The notes under the pieces: model-generated
The model's database searches: none
What the model was told of the DNA's origin: nothing
What the model saw: only the letters and a program-made list of their open reading frames with translations
Shown: one piece after another, positions 31,623 to 41,170 of the stretch
Position numbering within the stretch: position 1 is the first letter of the stretch
How the letters are laid out: every line of letters starts with the position of its first letter
Program-made: the position numbers and the translations under genes
From: Bdellovibrionales bacterium
GTDB lineage: Bacteria > Bdellovibrionota > Bdellovibrionia > Bdellovibrionales > JAUICD01
DNA length: 64,000 bases
Direction: 5' to 3'
NCBI GenBank assembly: GCA_965197425.1
Contig: CBDANC010000012.1
Location: forward strand, 1 to 64,000

Positions 31623-32558
31623 ATGGGGAAACCAAATTTTATTGCACTAACAATGGTGCTTGCTTTTTGTGTTGCATGTTCTAAAACATCTACTGATAAA
31701 AAAACTGATGTTTTTAGCGAAAATGGAACTTTAATACCACAAAGCCTTTTGGAAGCTTCTCATGAAGTTGAAAGGCAGGCATTAGATACAATAGAAGATT
31801 TTAGTACTCTAGATCAAGATTTGAACTATGAAGTTGTTGAGGAAGTTCCAAAGCTTCAACCCAATAATGAAGCAAAAAAACTAATTTTTGCTGCAATTAG
31901 AGAAAATAATTTTGATGAACTGAAAAGTTTATTGGATAGATATTCAATAGCAGGATTAGTAGATAAAAGCAGTTATTCTCCTTTAATAAGAGCTGTAAGA
32001 CATGGTGCTAATGCTGGCAATACTGCTATAGTTAAACTTTTGTCGCTTAATCCAGAAGTTGATATTAACGAGCAAGATGGATATGGCTACTCTGCTCTTA
32101 CTTGGGCAGCTATAGAAAGTAGCTACAATGCTATTAATATTTTATTAGAAGCGCATGAAAGACCTGATCCAAATGTAAGAGACATGAATGGTAGAACACC
32201 ACTTATTTGGTCAATTTTTGCACAATATATAGAGAAGAATCAAAATAGCACTGGAGCAATACAAGCATTATTAAACGCTCCAGGAGTGGATGTAAATGCA
32301 AATGATAATATCATGGGCTGGAACGCTCTAATGTATGCTGTTCGTCTTCCTGGAAAGGGAGCTGACCCTAATGTTGTAGACGATAGATATACTAATGAAA
32401 GACTAGATTTAGTAGAACTTTTGGTAAAAAGCGGCGCGGATATAGGAGATCAAGATTCATCAGGCTTCACTGCATATGACTGGGCAAGAGCTTATAATAA
32501 AAGCTCAGAAATGCAAAACCTTCTAAGTAGAAGACCAAGAGTGGTAGCAGATCAGTAA
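31623..32558 (+). CDS. Ankyrin-repeat lipoprotein
   Basis: AGGAGG RBS, lipobox VAC, repeats YSPLIRA/GYSALTWA/GRTPLIWS/GWNALMYA. Confidence 0.88.
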   Translation: MGKPNFIALTMVLAFCVACSKTSTDKKTDVFSENGTLIPQSLLEASHEVERQALDTIEDFSTLDQDLNYEVVEEVPKLQPNNEAKKLIFAAIRENNFDELKSLLDRYSIAGLVDKSSYSPLIRAVRHGANAGNTAIVKLLSLNPEVDINEQDGYGYSALTWAAIESSYNAINILLEAHERPDPNVRDMNGRTPLIWSIFAQYIEKNQNSTGAIQALLNAPGVDVNANDNIMGWNALMYAVRLPGKGADPNVVDDRYTNERLDLVELLVKSGADIGDQDSSGFTAYDWARAYNKSSEMQNLLSRRPRVVADQ

Positions 32559-32610
32559 ACACCGCCTTGCTACTCGCACAGGCCTTTGATTTTGAATCGA
32601 AAGTAAAAAG

Positions 32611-32695
32611 TGGTGCGGGCGGAGGGACTTGAACCCCCATGCCGTAAAGCACTAGATCCTAAGTCTAGCGTGTCTGCCAATTTCACCACGCCCGC
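32611..32695 (-). tRNA. tRNA-Leu (TAG)
   Basis: Reverse complement GCGGGCG...CGCCCGCACCA, anticodon arm CTAGA-CTTAGGA-TCTAG, GTTCAAG T-loop. Confidence 0.97.
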
Positions 32696-32698
32696 TCA

Positions 32699-33082
32699 TT
32701 ATGACTCTTCAACTAATTTTTTGTACTCTTTAGCTTTCAACAGTGAAGCTAATTCCCTTTCATTGTCCATTTCAATTCTAATAAGCCAACCATCATTCAT
32801 TGGATCTTCATTCAAAATACCAGGCTCATCAATAATAGAGGTATTGACTTCCACAACAGTTCCAGTAACCGGGGCGTAGAGATCATTAGCAGCTTTTACA
32901 CTCTCAATTGAACCAAAAGAATCATTTTGAGCTAACTTCTGACCTTCATCAGGTAAATCAACATACACTATCTCACCCATTTGATCCTGGGCAAAATCAG
33001 TTATACCAACAGTTACAATGTTCTCATCAACACTGGCCCACTCATGCTCTTTCGTATAATAAAAACTATCCACAATTGACAC
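32699..33082 (-). CDS. gcvH: Glycine cleavage system H protein
   Basis: YTKEHEW, GITDFAQ, ESVKAA lipoyl-lysine motif. Confidence 0.95.
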   Translation of the reverse strand: MSIVDSFYYTKEHEWASVDENIVTVGITDFAQDQMGEIVYVDLPDEGQKLAQNDSFGSIESVKAANDLYAPVTGTVVEVNTSIIDEPGILNEDPMNDGWLIRIEMDNERELASLLKAKEYKKLVEES

Positions 33083-33209
33083 AAATCCTCCAATAAAAAC
33101 TAATTTCTAAGCCCTACACTTCTAAGGCTATTAAATTGCTTTGTCTACCTATTTTTGTTCCAAACCAAAAACCCCAGCTACACTAACAGTACTAAACTTA
33201 CATTGTTTA

Positions 33210-34265
33210 CTAATTTTTATTGGTTGTTACAAATGGAGTAGGAACAATTTTTGCCTTTTTAAAAGAGTTTCTAATTTTGCAGTATATAATACTGCCTTCG
33301 CTGCTAAAATGCTCTAAGACATATCCCACACCTATAGGAGTACTTAAACTAGGCGAAAATGTTCCACTAGTAACAACACCTATTTTTTCTTCATCTAAAG
33401 ATGATAATTCATAACCTTTTCTAGGAATACCACCTTCTACCTTAAACCCTACAAATCTTTTCGTTAGACCATAAGTTTTTATATCCAACAAAGCATCCTT
33501 TCCAATAAAGTCCTTACCAAACTTCACCGCAAAATTGAGGCCAGCCTCAATGGGATTAGTTGTTTCATCAATATCATTCCCATACAAAGGGTATTTCATT
33601 TCAAGTCTCAAAGTATCCCTAGCACCAAGTCCACAAGGCTTTGCTCCTAAAGCAATACATCTGTCCCAAAACTCTGTAATTTCAGCACTTGAAACAAAAA
33701 CTTCAAGCCCATTCTCACCAGTGTAACCAGTTCTAGCTATCAACATACCATCTATTTCAATAAACCTAAAAGGCTTCAAACTAACTAAACTTGCATCAAA
33801 TAATTTACAAGCTAACTCTATAGACCTTGGGCCTTGAAGAGCAATTTGTGCATAGTGCTTGCTTCTATCTTCTATGAAAGTGTTGTTGTTATGCTTTAAT
33901 ACCCATTTTAAAATCTTGTCTTTATTGACTGCATTAGTACAGACCATATATGAGTCCTTGAGGCGGTATACTATTACATCATCTAAAATTCCACCTTGGT
34001 TGTTGGTTATGAAAGAATACTGAGCCATCCCAACTTCGAGTTTAGATACATCATTGGTGGTTAAATAGTTTAGCAAAGCAAGTGCCTTATCACCTTCAAA
34101 GAAAATTTCACCCATGTGAGATACATCAAATATACCTACATTTGATCTTACATTATTATGCTCATGCCTTATACCTTGCTTGTATTCAATAGGAAGTACC
34201 CATCCACAAAAATCTACCATTTTTGCGCCTAATGATTTGTGTTTTTCATATAGAGGAGTTTTCAT
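33210..34265 (-). CDS. gcvT: Glycine cleavage system aminomethyltransferase T
   Basis: KTPLY, FDVSHMGE, RTGYTGE, GLGARDTLRLE. Confidence 0.95.
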   Translation of the reverse strand: MKTPLYEKHKSLGAKMVDFCGWVLPIEYKQGIRHEHNNVRSNVGIFDVSHMGEIFFEGDKALALLNYLTTNDVSKLEVGMAQYSFITNNQGGILDDVIVYRLKDSYMVCTNAVNKDKILKWVLKHNNNTFIEDRSKHYAQIALQGPRSIELACKLFDASLVSLKPFRFIEIDGMLIARTGYTGENGLEVFVSSAEITEFWDRCIALGAKPCGLGARDTLRLEMKYPLYGNDIDETTNPIEAGLNFAVKFGKDFIGKDALLDIKTYGLTKRFVGFKVEGGIPRKGYELSSLDEEKIGVVTSGTFSPSLSTPIGVGYVLEHFSSEGSIIYCKIRNSFKKAKIVPTPFVTTNKN

Positions 34266-35101
34266 CTATTATCTTTTATCTGACTTGCCAAATATAGTGT
34301 GTTTTGCATAAGCATTGTAACAGTCATAGGACCAACACCTCCAGGAACAGGAGTTAGAGCATATACATGTAAATTTTCAGTTTGCACGTCCCCACATATA
34401 CCTTCTCCATCTCTATGTATCCCTACATCCACTACAGTTGCAGATTTCTTAAAAGCAGATTTGCCAAAAAATCTTTTCTTGCCAGCAGCCACTATCACAA
34501 TATCTCCCTTAGTTGTATAACCTTCCAAATCTTTAGTTTTAGAATGGCACACAGTTACCGTGGCATTTTTATCTAATAAAAGTTTAAACATAGGTTTTCC
34601 TACAATATTACTCCGACCCACAATAACAGCATGCTTTCCAGCTATTGGAATTTTATAATACTCTAACAAAGCTATTATTCCTTCTGGAGTACAAGGAGAT
34701 AACATATGATCCCCTGCAAATACTCTGCCCATGTTCTCATACCCAAAACAATCTACGTCTTTCTTAGAAGAAATTTTACTGATTACTTTAGATTGTTCCA
34801 ATCCATCATAAAGCGGTAGTTGCACTAAAATAGCATGTGTGTCGCTATCAAGATTTAGATCATCTATCAAATTTAAAATTTTATTTTGGTTATTTTCTAC
34901 CTTATAAACTGATGTATGAATACCCAGATTGTTAGATGTCTTTACTTTATTCTCTATATATATACTACTGGCCTCATTATTGTTTGCATGTATTATTGCA
35001 AGCTTTGGGGGTTTATTATGCCTTTTTTTAAATGAATCTACTCCACTTTTGATCTTCTCTTGCATAAGAGTAGCTAATTTTTTTCCATCCAAAATTATCA
35101 T
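34262..35101 (-). CDS. folD: Methylenetetrahydrofolate dehydrogenase/cyclohydrolase
   Basis: KDVD, PCTP, GRSNIVGKP, TPVPGGVGPMT. Confidence 0.96.
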   Translation of the reverse strand: MIILDGKKLATLMQEKIKSGVDSFKKRHNKPPKLAIIHANNNEASSIYIENKVKTSNNLGIHTSVYKVENNQNKILNLIDDLNLDSDTHAILVQLPLYDGLEQSKVISKISSKKDVDCFGYENMGRVFAGDHMLSPCTPEGIIALLEYYKIPIAGKHAVIVGRSNIVGKPMFKLLLDKNATVTVCHSKTKDLEGYTTKGDIVIVAAGKKRFFGKSAFKKSATVVDVGIHRDGEGICGDVQTENLHVYALTPVPGGVGPMTVTMLMQNTLYLASQIKDNR

Positions 35102-35102
35102 A

Positions 35103-36743
35103 TCAATCCTTCAAATGAAATATTTTTTCAAAGTAAGTGCCCCTACCCTTTTCTGAGCGATTAAGCACAGGTCTTTTATATATATTTACTATTTTCATAC
35201 CAGAAAGTTCAGCTATTCTGGGATATAACTCATACTTATCATTTGCAACAATAAATATATTAAAATCTCTGGCTAAATATTTTTTAGAGTTTTGTAGTGT
35301 TTTTGCAATAGATTTTACATAAGATAGCCTTGCCATAGAGCTCTGCCCCTTTGCTAAAGACCCTATTTCCAACTCATCAGCTCTTTTATATTTAAAAAGA
35401 TCATATGCATAGGCATGTTGATTGTGATAGTCAATTAATCCAACATAAGGTGGACTGGTAAAAATACCTTTTATCTTTTTAGTTTTTAAAAGCTTTAAAA
35501 TAAATTCGTCTGCTTTTTTTAAACTAGTAATTAAATTTATTTTTTTTGAATCACCTTTTAAACACACTTGTTTTGTTTTAGTGCGTTTAGAGTTAAACTC
35601 TTGAATTCTGGCCAAAGTATCATGGCTATATCTATTCCACCAAGACCAAATAGAAAATAAGGGCTTGCAAATTTTGCCGTGCTTTTTACAGTAGTAAGGT
35701 GTTGTTATGGGATGTTTTAATGTAGCTAAATCAGAGTGAGTTGTTGCCCTACAAGATCTGACAGCTCTACTTAATACAATTTCTAAAAGTTGTTTTGTTT
35801 CTTTGTTCTTAATATGCTGTATTTTATCTAAGATAAAATACATATCATCTCTTATAGGTTGCAAAAACCACTTACCTATAAAACTATCAGATTCAGATTG
35901 ATTTAGTTTAATGGAGTATTTTTCTATTAAATTTTTATAAGCAAAAATAAATTCTTTTTCTTTTTTCTTGGAATATTGCTCTTCATCTATTTTTTCTATT
36001 CTAACTTTTCTTTTAAATTCCGGAGTAGGAAAGTTGGTTTTATTAAAAGCATTTAACTCTTTTACCAGGGCTTTTTCAAATTCAATAATAGATAAATTTA
36101 ATTTTCTTTTCAAAAACAAGGAGTTAATTTTATTAAATTCGTTTTGTAATTCAGGTAAGTTATACTTGCGGGTTTTAGCATTAGCAATGTTTGTATTAAA
36201 GATAGAGATATCAATACCTATCGCATGGATCCCTAATTCATTGGCTTGTACAAGTGTTGTCCCGCTGCCACAAAATGGATCTAATACAATATCTCCTGGC
36301 TTAAAAAAAACTTCCTTTTTGAACTTGTCTGTTTTGTTATCTAAAAAGTATTCTACTAATTGAGGAATAAATTTTCCTTTATAAGGGTGGAGTCTGTGTA
36401 CATGTTTTGTTGTATCTTTTTCTCTTAAAAAATCAAAAGAAAGGTTCCAATTTAGATCATTTCCAAGCTTCTTTTGCCAATCTATTTTTTTGTTCTTAAC
36501 AAAATTTTTATAGTAATTTAAAAGTTCAATTTTGCTAACAAAAGTTATTTTATTTTTATAATATTTTTTTATTCTTCCATACTGAATTAAATATGAGATA
36601 TTAGAATCAGTTACTTTTTTATTTAGATATTTTGAAGCCCATAAACTTGCTTGATGTATAGTAAGCAAGTTTTTATCTTCCGAAAAATATATTCTCTTTT
36701 TCGAAGAAAATGCCGTTGAATTATCTACTTGTCTTGTGGTCAT
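35103..36743 (-). CDS. DNA amino-methyltransferase (probably N4-cytosine), no adjacent endonuclease
   Basis: SAM motif DPFCGSGTT precedes catalytic TSPPY; HPYKGKF motif; N-terminal HTH-like extension. Confidence 0.85.
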   Translation of the reverse strand: MTTRQVDNSTAFSSKKRIYFSEDKNLLTIHQASLWASKYLNKKVTDSNISYLIQYGRIKKYYKNKITFVSKIELLNYYKNFVKNKKIDWQKKLGNDLNWNLSFDFLREKDTTKHVHRLHPYKGKFIPQLVEYFLDNKTDKFKKEVFFKPGDIVLDPFCGSGTTLVQANELGIHAIGIDISIFNTNIANAKTRKYNLPELQNEFNKINSLFLKRKLNLSIIEFEKALVKELNAFNKTNFPTPEFKRKVRIEKIDEEQYSKKKEKEFIFAYKNLIEKYSIKLNQSESDSFIGKWFLQPIRDDMYFILDKIQHIKNKETKQLLEIVLSRAVRSCRATTHSDLATLKHPITTPYYCKKHGKICKPLFSIWSWWNRYSHDTLARIQEFNSKRTKTKQVCLKGDSKKINLITSLKKADEFILKLLKTKKIKGIFTSPPYVGLIDYHNQHAYAYDLFKYKRADELEIGSLAKGQSSMARLSYVKSIAKTLQNSKKYLARDFNIFIVANDKYELYPRIAELSGMKIVNIYKRPVLNRSEKGRGTYFEKIFHLKD

Positions 36744-36896
36744 TTAGTCCTTTTTGTATTCTCTATAATAACTTTTAACAAACCAAATTGAACTACCACT
36801 ATATTTATTAGGTCAACACCTCTATAAATTGCCTATTATTTAAGCATAAAGATTAGTTATTTGCACTGTTTTTAAAAATAGTATAGTTAAGGTTGC

Positions 36897-37097
36897 ATGG
36901 CTGGTGTTTGGTATTCTAAGAAGAAAAATAGGGTTGAGTTCAATAACCCGGATAGCGTTCCAACTACGCTTAAAAAATTTAAACAATCAGCAGGAGTTGA
37001 AGCTCTGTATCAATTTATATATGAGAATAATATCAGAAGAGAGTTTTTTTCAACTTTAAACAAATTGTATAAGCTAAAAAAATATAAAAAAAAGTAA
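36897..37097 (+). CDS. Small hypothetical protein
   Basis: 66-aa ORF with AAGG RBS, fills an intergenic gap. Confidence 0.55.
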   Translation: MAGVWYSKKKNRVEFNNPDSVPTTLKKFKQSAGVEALYQFIYENNIRREFFSTLNKLYKLKKYKKK

Positions 37098-37225
37098 CCT
37101 AAGCAAAATTCAATGCCTTACGTTTCCTATTTTAAATCCTGACTTACAATACTGACTGTAGAAGTTAAAGCAGTTCAACTTTTAAACTGTATCTAGTTTA
37201 AAACCTATTTAATTTCACTTCAAAC

Positions 37226-37242
37226 CTGGCATGATCTTTGTA
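37226..37242 (+). promoter_or_regulatory. Sigma54-like -24/-12 promoter of the pilin cluster
   Basis: CTGGCATGATCTTTGTA versus consensus YTGGCACG-N4-TTGCW; correct spacing, -12 GC replaced by GT; AGGAGG RBS follows. Confidence 0.55.
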
Positions 37243-37277
37243 CTTTAGATCTATTTTGCCAGGAGGTTTTGCATAAT

Positions 37278-37541
37278 ATGAAGCACAAGAAACAAAAAAA
37301 TTCTGAAAGAGGTCAAGGGTTAGTTGAATACCTAATAATTGTGGCTCTAATGGCTATTGCATCAATAGGAATTATGAAAATAATGGGACAAAATATTCAG
37401 GCTCAGTTTGCAAGAATTACTCATGCACTAAGAGGTGAAAATAAAAAACCAAGATTACAAGATATTAATCGAGGATCTTATAAACAAAAGGATTTAAGTA
37501 ACTTTTTTGAAGGAGCTGCAACAAATGCAGGTGATAATTAG
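37278..37541 (+). CDS. Flp-family type IVc (Tad) pilin
   Basis: Basic leader, G|QGLVEY prepilin motif, hydrophobic helix. Confidence 0.82.
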   Translation: MKHKKQKNSERGQGLVEYLIIVALMAIASIGIMKIMGQNIQAQFARITHALRGENKKPRLQDINRGSYKQKDLSNFFEGAATNAGDN

Positions 37542-37860
37542 ATCGAATAAAGGTCAGGTTACAACAGAAATTTTAATTTCTCTTCCTATAGTTTTATTTT
37601 TAGCTTTGTCTGGGATATATGTAATGTTAGCGTTGCAATCAAAACTTTGGCTTAAACACTACGCATATGAGTATGCTGTTTGTGTACATTATCAAAAACC
37701 TAGATGCAAAAAAGATAATGTCTATATCATAAAAAAACTTTTTCCATATTTAAGCAATATAAAATCCAATGTTACTAAGCTAGGCAATAGGACTATTGCC
37801 AAGATAACCGCTGAATGTTTCGGTAAAAAGCTAGTAGAACAAGGGGTTTTTAATGAATAA
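37525..37860 (+). CDS. TadE-like pseudopilin
   Basis: KG|QVTTE followed by a hydrophobic helix. Confidence 0.7.
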   Translation: MQVIIRSNKGQVTTEILISLPIVLFLALSGIYVMLALQSKLWLKHYAYEYAVCVHYQKPRCKKDNVYIIKKLFPYLSNIKSNVTKLGNRTIAKITAECFGKKLVEQGVFNE

Positions 37861-38551
37861 GCCAAAAAGAAACAACAGAAATCAAGAAAGAGGAAGTTTT
37901 CTTATTTTGTTTTTATTTGTGGGCACTATTTTTATTGGCATTTTGAGTACCGTTTCTGCTTCTGGATTATATTTGAAACAAAAAACACAAACTCTTACTA
38001 CATGCAGATCAAAACTTGTAAACATTCAAAATAATATGAAAAATAATCTTACATCTCTCATGGCTTTAAATTTTAAGGCAAAGTCTTTAAGGACATCGTA
38101 TAGCCTGACTAATGTAGCTTATAGAACAGCTATAGCAACCGGACAACTTGTACACGCTGCTAGCCTTAAGGCTATTTTGGAAGGCATCAAAAAAGCACAA
38201 AGAATTTTACAGTTAAAACAAAAAACAATTTTAAGTGCTGCCTATTTAAATTCTGTAACCCAACTTTCAGGTCTTAAAACTACAATATCAATTGATGTTA
38301 AGGTTAAAACAGCTCCATTTGCAAAAAAATTAGCTATAAGAAAAGTTGACGCCCATTCTATTACCCCTTCCTACTACCCTGCTTACAATTTTATTGAGAA
38401 ACAAAAAATTACAGTTGCTTGGGAGGAAGATCCAATAAAGAGAATCCCACAGTTTATAAGAAAAATATTTGGAAGAATTTCAGTGGTTGGAGAAAGTTGT
38501 GCAGCTAGTTTAAAACAAGAAGGATCAAGATGGAGAAGCGTTTTAATTTAA
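37853..38551 (+). CDS. TadG-like/pilin-like protein
   Basis: ERG|SFLILF prepilin-like N-terminus, overlaps neighbours. Confidence 0.6.
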   Translation: MNKPKRNNRNQERGSFLILFLFVGTIFIGILSTVSASGLYLKQKTQTLTTCRSKLVNIQNNMKNNLTSLMALNFKAKSLRTSYSLTNVAYRTAIATGQLVHAASLKAILEGIKKAQRILQLKQKTILSAAYLNSVTQLSGLKTTISIDVKVKTAPFAKKLAIRKVDAHSITPSYYPAYNFIEKQKITVAWEEDPIKRIPQFIRKIFGRISVVGESCAASLKQEGSRWRSVLI

Positions 38552-38679
38552 ATAAGAAAGGACAGGGATTAATAGAATTTATGATTATCTCTTTTTTAAT
38601 GGCAATGATAATACATGCAACATTCAATGTATATCAAAAGTCATATGAAGTAATGGAAGAAAAGCAGTGGAACAATTAA
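38530..38679 (+). CDS. Small Flp-like pilin, 49 aa (absent from ORF track)
   Basis: Manual translation MEKRFNLNKKGQGLIEFMIISFLMAMIIHATFNVYQKSYEVMEEKQWNN; G|QGLIEF motif. Confidence 0.75.
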   Translation: MEKRFNLNKKGQGLIEFMIISFLMAMIIHATFNVYQKSYEVMEEKQWNN

Positions 38680-38722
38680 CTTTTTAACATAAAGGTAACA
38701 GAAATTTTAAAAAGGATATAAA

Positions 38723-39196
38723 TTGGAGCTATTAAAAGTTTTACTTTCAAAAAAATTAACATCCTTATTGTTGCTTAGTTTAGGCTTAACAGCATTAGCT
38801 ATAGCAATCAAAAGTTTTACTAATAAACCATTAGAGGCTAATGAAACTGAGATTACCTTAACAGCAGATACATTTATCCCGCCTGGATATGTCTTAATTC
38901 CTATCACAGTTTCAAATTATGATTCTTTAAACGGACTAGTAGATCAATTTGCCGTAGTTAATTTATACACCACTTATCAAGAAACAAATAAAACCCCTAA
39001 GCTAGTAGCCGGCTCTGTTAAACTAATAAAATCCTCTGTCGATTCTAATCATTTTGCAGTTTTAATTAAAAAAAATGACTCGTTTTCCATAATAAAACAA
39101 AATCAAGAATTTTTTGTAACAATACAAAACCCAAAACATAGTGAGAAAGTAAAAGTTTTAAAAGAACATCCCAATAGGATTCAATATTTAGATTAG
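38723..39196 (+). CDS. Membrane-anchored protein, possibly CpaB/RcpC-like
   Basis: N-terminal TM, IPPGYVLIPITV resembles the RcpC domain start; pilin-cluster context. Confidence 0.5.
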   Translation: MELLKVLLSKKLTSLLLLSLGLTALAIAIKSFTNKPLEANETEITLTADTFIPPGYVLIPITVSNYDSLNGLVDQFAVVNLYTTYQETNKTPKLVAGSVKLIKSSVDSNHFAVLIKKNDSFSIIKQNQEFFVTIQNPKHSEKVKVLKEHPNRIQYLD

Positions 39197-39208
39197 AAAG
39201 GAGATATC

Positions 39209-40090
39209 ATGTTTAATATTTTGTTTTATTTAATTATTAAAATTTTATATTCATATCCAGTTTTTGCTTTAGAAGTAAATAACACCATAGAAAATGGAAT
39301 TACTAATGAAGAGGTTAAAGAAAGTATTTTTTATGATGAATCAGAATTTCATAATCGTCTACATCGTTTACTTATCACAAGTCACAAGCAATATTTAGAT
39401 AATGAATTTGAAAAAGCAATAGATACTTTAAAAGAGATTGTCGATCTAAGACTAGTGTATGATTGGAGATCTGATAAGAGAGCTGTTATAGCAAATTCAT
39501 ATATCAGGCTTATTGAATTAGATAGAGACAACCAGGACAGTTGGGTAAGAGAGTTTGTATCATTCAATGGTACTAATGGAGTTGATAGTGACTCCATTTT
39601 TGATCCCAAAATAATAAAAAAGATAAACTCAAAAGCTAAAAAAATAAAAAAAGAAATGATAAAATGGTATGCAGAAAACCTGCCTGATAATGTTGACTAT
39701 GTGAGAATTAACGGTGAAAAAGTTTATTTAATTGATGTAGCATACGACATACTAGAGGATGCTACTTATAGAATAACATTATTTTTTAAAAACGGTGATG
39801 CACAAACCAGGGTGTTAACTGGTCTAGAATTACTAAATTATAACTGGAATAATAACAAATTTAACGTAGAGTCCAAGTCAGATATTACACAAAGCATTCC
39901 AACAATGGTAAAAGCGTCGGATTCAAATGATATAACACCTAAGCTTTATAATGGTGATGTAGATAAATTTGGTCAGTTTGTAAAAAAGAATTGGAAAATG
40001 CTCACTTTCTACAGTGTTGTGGCAGTAGTTTTAACCAAGACTCTTACGTCTAACAAAGAGTCTAGACCCTCTTATGAAACTAGGTTATAG
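39209..40090 (+). CDS. Hypothetical exported or membrane protein
   Basis: AAGGAG RBS, signal-like N-terminus, C-terminal hydrophobic segment. Confidence 0.65.
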   Translation: MFNILFYLIIKILYSYPVFALEVNNTIENGITNEEVKESIFYDESEFHNRLHRLLITSHKQYLDNEFEKAIDTLKEIVDLRLVYDWRSDKRAVIANSYIRLIELDRDNQDSWVREFVSFNGTNGVDSDSIFDPKIIKKINSKAKKIKKEMIKWYAENLPDNVDYVRINGEKVYLIDVAYDILEDATYRITLFFKNGDAQTRVLTGLELLNYNWNNNKFNVESKSDITQSIPTMVKASDSNDITPKLYNGDVDKFGQFVKKNWKMLTFYSVVAVVLTKTLTSNKESRPSYETRL

Positions 40091-40171
40091 CATGTTACAT
40101 GCTTTGTAATTTCCAAAACCTCTGTTTAGTATAAAGAGATTTCTTGACTTTATAGGCCTGGTATTTAACCA

Positions 40172-41137
40172 TTGCTTGGCTTGGAACATAGATTTATAAA
40201 AAATTTAAAAGAAAATGACTTAGTTCAAGGTGTTTACCTTGTAAATCAAGCTACTTTACTTAAAAGTAAAGCAGGTAGTTTATATATCTCGGCTGTACTT
40301 TGTGACAAAACAGGTAGCATAGACGCCAGAATGTGGGATGCTAACAATGAACTAAAAAACAAAATAAATGCTGGAGAATTTGTTAAATTAAAAGGACAAG
40401 TTAAAGTTTATAGAGAATCAAACCAAATTATAATTCAAAATATAGAAACTGTAGATGAAACTAAGATTGATATAACAGACTACCTTCCCACAGCTAACAG
40501 AAATTTGCAAGATATGTATGATGAGCTTATTAGTATTGTAAATACAATAAACGACACCTTTATAAAAACTCTGTTATTAAATACACTAGAAGATGAAACT
40601 ATAAAACCTCACTTTATGCGAGTTCCAGCTGCAAAAAGCATTCACCATGCTTATATCGGGGGTTTACTGGAGCATGTATTGAGCATATGTAATCTTATGC
40701 TTAAAATAAGTGATCACTATAAAATTTTAAATAAAGATTTATTATTATTTGGAGCTATTTATCATGATATTGGCAAAGTATGGGAACTTTCATACAAAAC
40801 ACAATTTCAATACACAGATGTGGGAAGACTTGTAGGGCATATTACCTTAGCCTCTGAACTCATTGAAAAGAAATCTTCAGAAATTAAGGAGTTTCCAGAA
40901 AAACTAAAAAATATTTTAAAGCATATTGTATTAAGCCATCATGGAAAACTGGAGTTTGGATCACCAAAGAGACCAAAATTTTTAGAGGCATTTGTGTTGC
41001 ATTATGTTGATGATCTCGATAGTAAAATGTATTCAATAGGTTCTATTATTAAAGATCATAAAGAAAAACAAAATAACTGGACTACTTATTCTGAAATGTA
41101 TGATCGATATTTTTACACAGAAACATATGATACATAA
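40172..41137 (+). CDS. YhaM-like 3'-5' exonuclease (OB-fold plus HD domain)
   Basis: DKTG OB-fold, PAAKSIHHAYIGGLLEH, HDIGK, SHHG. Confidence 0.88.
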   Translation: MLGLEHRFIKNLKENDLVQGVYLVNQATLLKSKAGSLYISAVLCDKTGSIDARMWDANNELKNKINAGEFVKLKGQVKVYRESNQIIIQNIETVDETKIDITDYLPTANRNLQDMYDELISIVNTINDTFIKTLLLNTLEDETIKPHFMRVPAAKSIHHAYIGGLLEHVLSICNLMLKISDHYKILNKDLLLFGAIYHDIGKVWELSYKTQFQYTDVGRLVGHITLASELIEKKSSEIKEFPEKLKNILKHIVLSHHGKLEFGSPKRPKFLEAFVLHYVDDLDSKMYSIGSIIKDHKEKQNNWTTYSEMYDRYFYTETYDT

Positions 41138-41170
41138 AAAATATATACAAAAGCTTAATACCAAATTCTA

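Noticed and set aside
32610..32879. 89-aa plus-strand ORF
   Set aside because: Antisense to tRNA-Leu and gcvH
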